A DNA stretch of 64,000 nt, from NCBI GenBank assembly GCA_021740905.1, contig JAIOYV010000012.1, forward strand, positions 25,786 to 89,785. Reading direction: 5' to 3'. A program made the position numbers and the translations under genes. The notes below the pieces were generated by a model. It saw nothing but the letters and a program-made list of their open reading frames with translations, did not search any database and was not told the DNA's origin. Shown here piece after piece: positions 61,393 to 64,000 of the stretch; position 1 is the first letter of the stretch; every line of letters starts with the position of its first letter. The stretch comes from Bacteroidales bacterium. Its GTDB lineage: Bacteria > Bacteroidota > Bacteroidia > Bacteroidales > M50B96.

Positions 61393-62748
61393 TTATTTAT
61401 TTTTCTTCGATCGCAAATTGGCAATTTTGTCGCCTCTTTTTTGTGGTTTTTTATAGGTCTTCATCTTTCTGAGATAAGATCCACCTTGATTGAACTTTGT
61501 GTTTTTTAGTTTTTTCTCATGAAATGCCGGGCCGCGTTCATCATCCTGAGTACGTCGTATTTTGCCACTGATCTCAATGTTCCGTGGCCGCTCTTCGGGG
61601 GTCAATTGTTTTGAAATCTCCACTTCTTCGGGAAATTCAACGACCGGGATTTCATAATCCATCAATATCTCGATCGCTAATTTTGCCTCCTCTTCTTTGG
61701 GTGTATAAAACAGGATGGTTTTTCCCTTCTCTTCGGCCCGGCCAGTACGACCAATCCTGTGCATATAGTTTTCAGGATAAGCGGGAGTATCGAAATTGAT
61801 GACATGGGAGATTTTATCGAGATCAATTCCACGGGCCATTACATCGGTAGTGACCAATATCCGGTTTGCACCTTCGTCGAATTGCTGTATTGACCGGAAC
61901 CTGTAGTTCTGTGATTTGTTGGAATGGATCACACAAGTTTCCGGCCCATATCGCTCTTCCAAGGCTTCGAACAACCGATCGGCATATTTTTTACCCGAGA
62001 CAAAAACCAGGACTTTATGATATTCATCTCTGTCGCGAAGAAGGTGGGATAACAAATTTACTTTGGTGTAAAAGTTTGGCACATTATAGCATTGCTGGGC
62101 AATATTATGCAAGGGTGTTCCACTGAGGGCAATCGAAATCTTGACAGGAGAAATAAAGGTGTCATCAATTAATGCATCGACCTCTTCGGTCATAGTTGCC
62201 GAAAACATGATGTTCTGTCTGCGTTCTGGCAACAGTTCGAAAATATTTGTCAACTGATATCGAAAGCCCAATTCCAGCATTACATCCACTTCGTCGATCA
62301 CCAGTTTTTTAATGTCTTTCAATTTGAGTACACCGGTAAGAGCTAAGTCGTACAACCGGCCAGGTGTAGCTGCCAGAATATCGCAGCCCCCGGCAACAGC
62401 CTGTTTTTGGGTATTGATGTTGGTTCCGCCATACACACCAAGAACGCGGGTGTTCATGTAAGTTGTAAGACTTTTAACGTGTTCGACCACTTGCAAAACC
62501 AGCTCGCGGGTCGGCACCAATATAAGAACCCGTGGATTTAGTTGCCTTGAAAATTTGAGGTCTTTTAGAATGGGAAGCATATAGGCCAGGGTTTTCCCCG
62601 TGCCGGTTTGCGCTATCCCCACTACATCCTTGCCTGAAAGAACCACCGGGCAAGCCTCAAATTGAATAGGTGTTGGCTTCTCAAATCCCAGATCCGCAAT
62701 TGCATTGTACAGTTGTTTCGAGAGATTCAAATCTTCAAATGAATTCAT
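61393..62748 (-). CDS. DEAD-box RNA helicase
   Basis: Q motif, AQTGTGKT, PTREL, TPGRL, DEVD, SAT, ARGID, HRIGRTGRA; start MNSFEDL at 62748. Confidence 0.95.
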   Translation of the reverse strand: MNSFEDLNLSKQLYNAIADLGFEKPTPIQFEACPVVLSGKDVVGIAQTGTGKTLAYMLPILKDLKFSRQLNPRVLILVPTRELVLQVVEHVKSLTTYMNTRVLGVYGGTNINTQKQAVAGGCDILAATPGRLYDLALTGVLKLKDIKKLVIDEVDVMLELGFRYQLTNIFELLPERRQNIMFSATMTEEVDALIDDTFISPVKISIALSGTPLHNIAQQCYNVPNFYTKVNLLSHLLRDRDEYHKVLVFVSGKKYADRLFEALEERYGPETCVIHSNKSQNYRFRSIQQFDEGANRILVTTDVMARGIDLDKISHVINFDTPAYPENYMHRIGRTGRAEEKGKTILFYTPKEEEAKLAIEILMDYEIPVVEFPEEVEISKQLTPEERPRNIEISGKIRRTQDDERGPAFHEKKLKNTKFNQGGSYLRKMKTYKKPQKRGDKIANLRSKKNK

Positions 62749-62779
62749 AAATAAATTTTTACAAAAGTAGGGTAAAAAA

Positions 62780-62840
62780 TTGGAGTTGTGGAGTATTGGA
62801 GTGATGGTGTGATGAGCGGTGGATAGATTGTAATGGTGTG
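62780..62840. repeat. TGGAGT 8-mer array
   Basis: tggagttg-tggagtat-tggagtga-tggtgtga-tgagcgg. Confidence 0.75.
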
Positions 62841-62905
62841 AGGCCTGTCCCGATATAATATTACTATGAAAAACTATTAAAATAACTAAAGGCATTTTTC
62901 ATTAT

Positions 62906-63616
62906 TTATGGCAGGATCCTGGGTCCAATAATATTCATCCAAAGAATATAGCCACTTATCCCACCAATAAATCCGGCTATAATAAAATCAAATCGTTTCT
63001 CCTTTGGGATTACTTTGAAAACAATGTATAAGGATACAAGTAATCCTAAAACTCCCAAAATAATGGGAATCGTACCTGTGGGTATTTCGAGTATTTTCGA
63101 AATTTTTGCTTCGTCCCCACCGAAATAGCTTCCATCAAAAATACCCGAGGAGATTGACATAACTAAGTTAAAAACCTCTCTTAACCAGAACAAAGAAAGA
63201 AATACTGCAATCCAGTCAAATAGCTTGAAACCGTTTTTTTTAATCTTTTCCTTTCTGAAATAAAGCATCAATAATCCAATTAGCCCAGTCAAAATAGTTT
63301 GAAACGGACCGCCCATTTTAATCAATAATGGATCGGTTAAATAAATTTTTTTGATGATTGATTCATATTCTTTTTTTCTGGGAAACTGCAAGTCATTTTC
63401 AATCTCGTATCGGTATTCTGTATAAATTGGGATTAGCTCTGCGTTACGATCTACCTTATCATAACTCATGCTACTATAATGCAATGTGGTTTCGTAACCA
63501 AGAAATTTTGCAACTACAATATGCCCAAACTCGTGAGTAACAGTACCAATAACAGTGCAGAATAGGAAAGCTATGCTAAAGAGCAAAAGATAATATGGTT
63601 GTAGTTTGAGTTCCAT
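62906..63616 (-). CDS. Membrane protein with HExxH motif (M50-like peptidase candidate)
   Basis: THEFGH in the first TM region, GGP, GGDE. Confidence 0.65.
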   Translation of the reverse strand: MELKLQPYYLLLFSIAFLFCTVIGTVTHEFGHIVVAKFLGYETTLHYSSMSYDKVDRNAELIPIYTEYRYEIENDLQFPRKKEYESIIKKIYLTDPLLIKMGGPFQTILTGLIGLLMLYFRKEKIKKNGFKLFDWIAVFLSLFWLREVFNLVMSISSGIFDGSYFGGDEAKISKILEIPTGTIPIILGVLGLLVSLYIVFKVIPKEKRFDFIIAGFIGGISGYILWMNIIGPRILP

Positions 63617-63627
63617 TTACATTGTAC

Positions 63628-64000
63628 CTAAAAATAATATTTTTCGATTCCTCCAAACCCCGGTACAAGTTTGTTCTCCCTGGTGGATTTAATGAAATGG
63701 GCCAATCTTTTATTGAAGTGCTCCATACTGTTTCGCGAAGCTTCGATATAAGCCACACGGATGCGCCTGTAGGCTTCGGGAAACTTTATAAAATTCGCCC
63801 ATGCCTTCTTATCCTTTGCTATGGCAGCAATAATATCATCAGGAAAAACATATTCCTCTTCGAGAATATCTTTGATTGAATCCTCAATGGTAGGGTACAA
63901 CATATTGTGTTTGGCCAACCATTTCAGCCTTTCCTTGTTGGGTTGCGAAAAGGTGCTTTTCGGCCTTCGAGGGGTAAAACGTTGCGCACTGTTTACTTCG
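63628..64000 (-). CDS. YdeI/OmpD-associated family protein (5' partial)
   Basis: AQRFTPRRPKSTFSQPNKER near the window edge; PDDII.AI..D..AW.NF..FPEAYRRIR. Confidence 0.85.
   Translation of the reverse strand, partial: EVNSAQRFTPRRPKSTFSQPNKERLKWLAKHNMLYPTIEDSIKDILEEEYVFPDDIIAAIAKDKKAWANFIKFPEAYRRIRVAYIEASRNSMEHFNKRLAHFIKSTRENKLVPGFGGIEKYYF

Overview
64 kb of a Bacteroidota (Bacteroidales-like) chromosome, judged from T9SS C-terminal sorting domains, TAnnTTTG promoters, A-rich start contexts and long-form IspG. The backbone is housekeeping (mazG, phoH, purC, pepC, ppk1, trpG, aroB/aroD/aroA, ispG, tonB/exbBD, nhaD, yebC, folB, DEAD-box helicase) plus many secreted T9SS cargo proteins and redox genes (SQR, di-haem peroxidase, CDGSH). 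Small accessory modules are wedged between these genes: an intact HEPN/MNT toxin-antitoxin pair, a single-chain restriction-modification enzyme, two orphan antitoxins whose toxins are cut off a few codons after the start, an orphan PrfH, a four-helix-bundle gene and an AT-rich three-gene TIGR04255 cassette. I saw no rRNA, tRNA, CRISPR array, transposase, integrase or reverse transcriptase. The two best candidates for an undescribed system are (1) the TIGR04255 / small protein / MazF-like cassette at 58591-60337, which sits where a vapC toxin was truncated and may be a toxin-antitoxin-chaperone-like defence module, and (2) the inverted arrays of 8-nt repeats that start at stop codons and bracket the genes inserted between phoH and purC, including the four-helix-bundle gene. 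All protein calls come from motif recognition by eye, not database searches.
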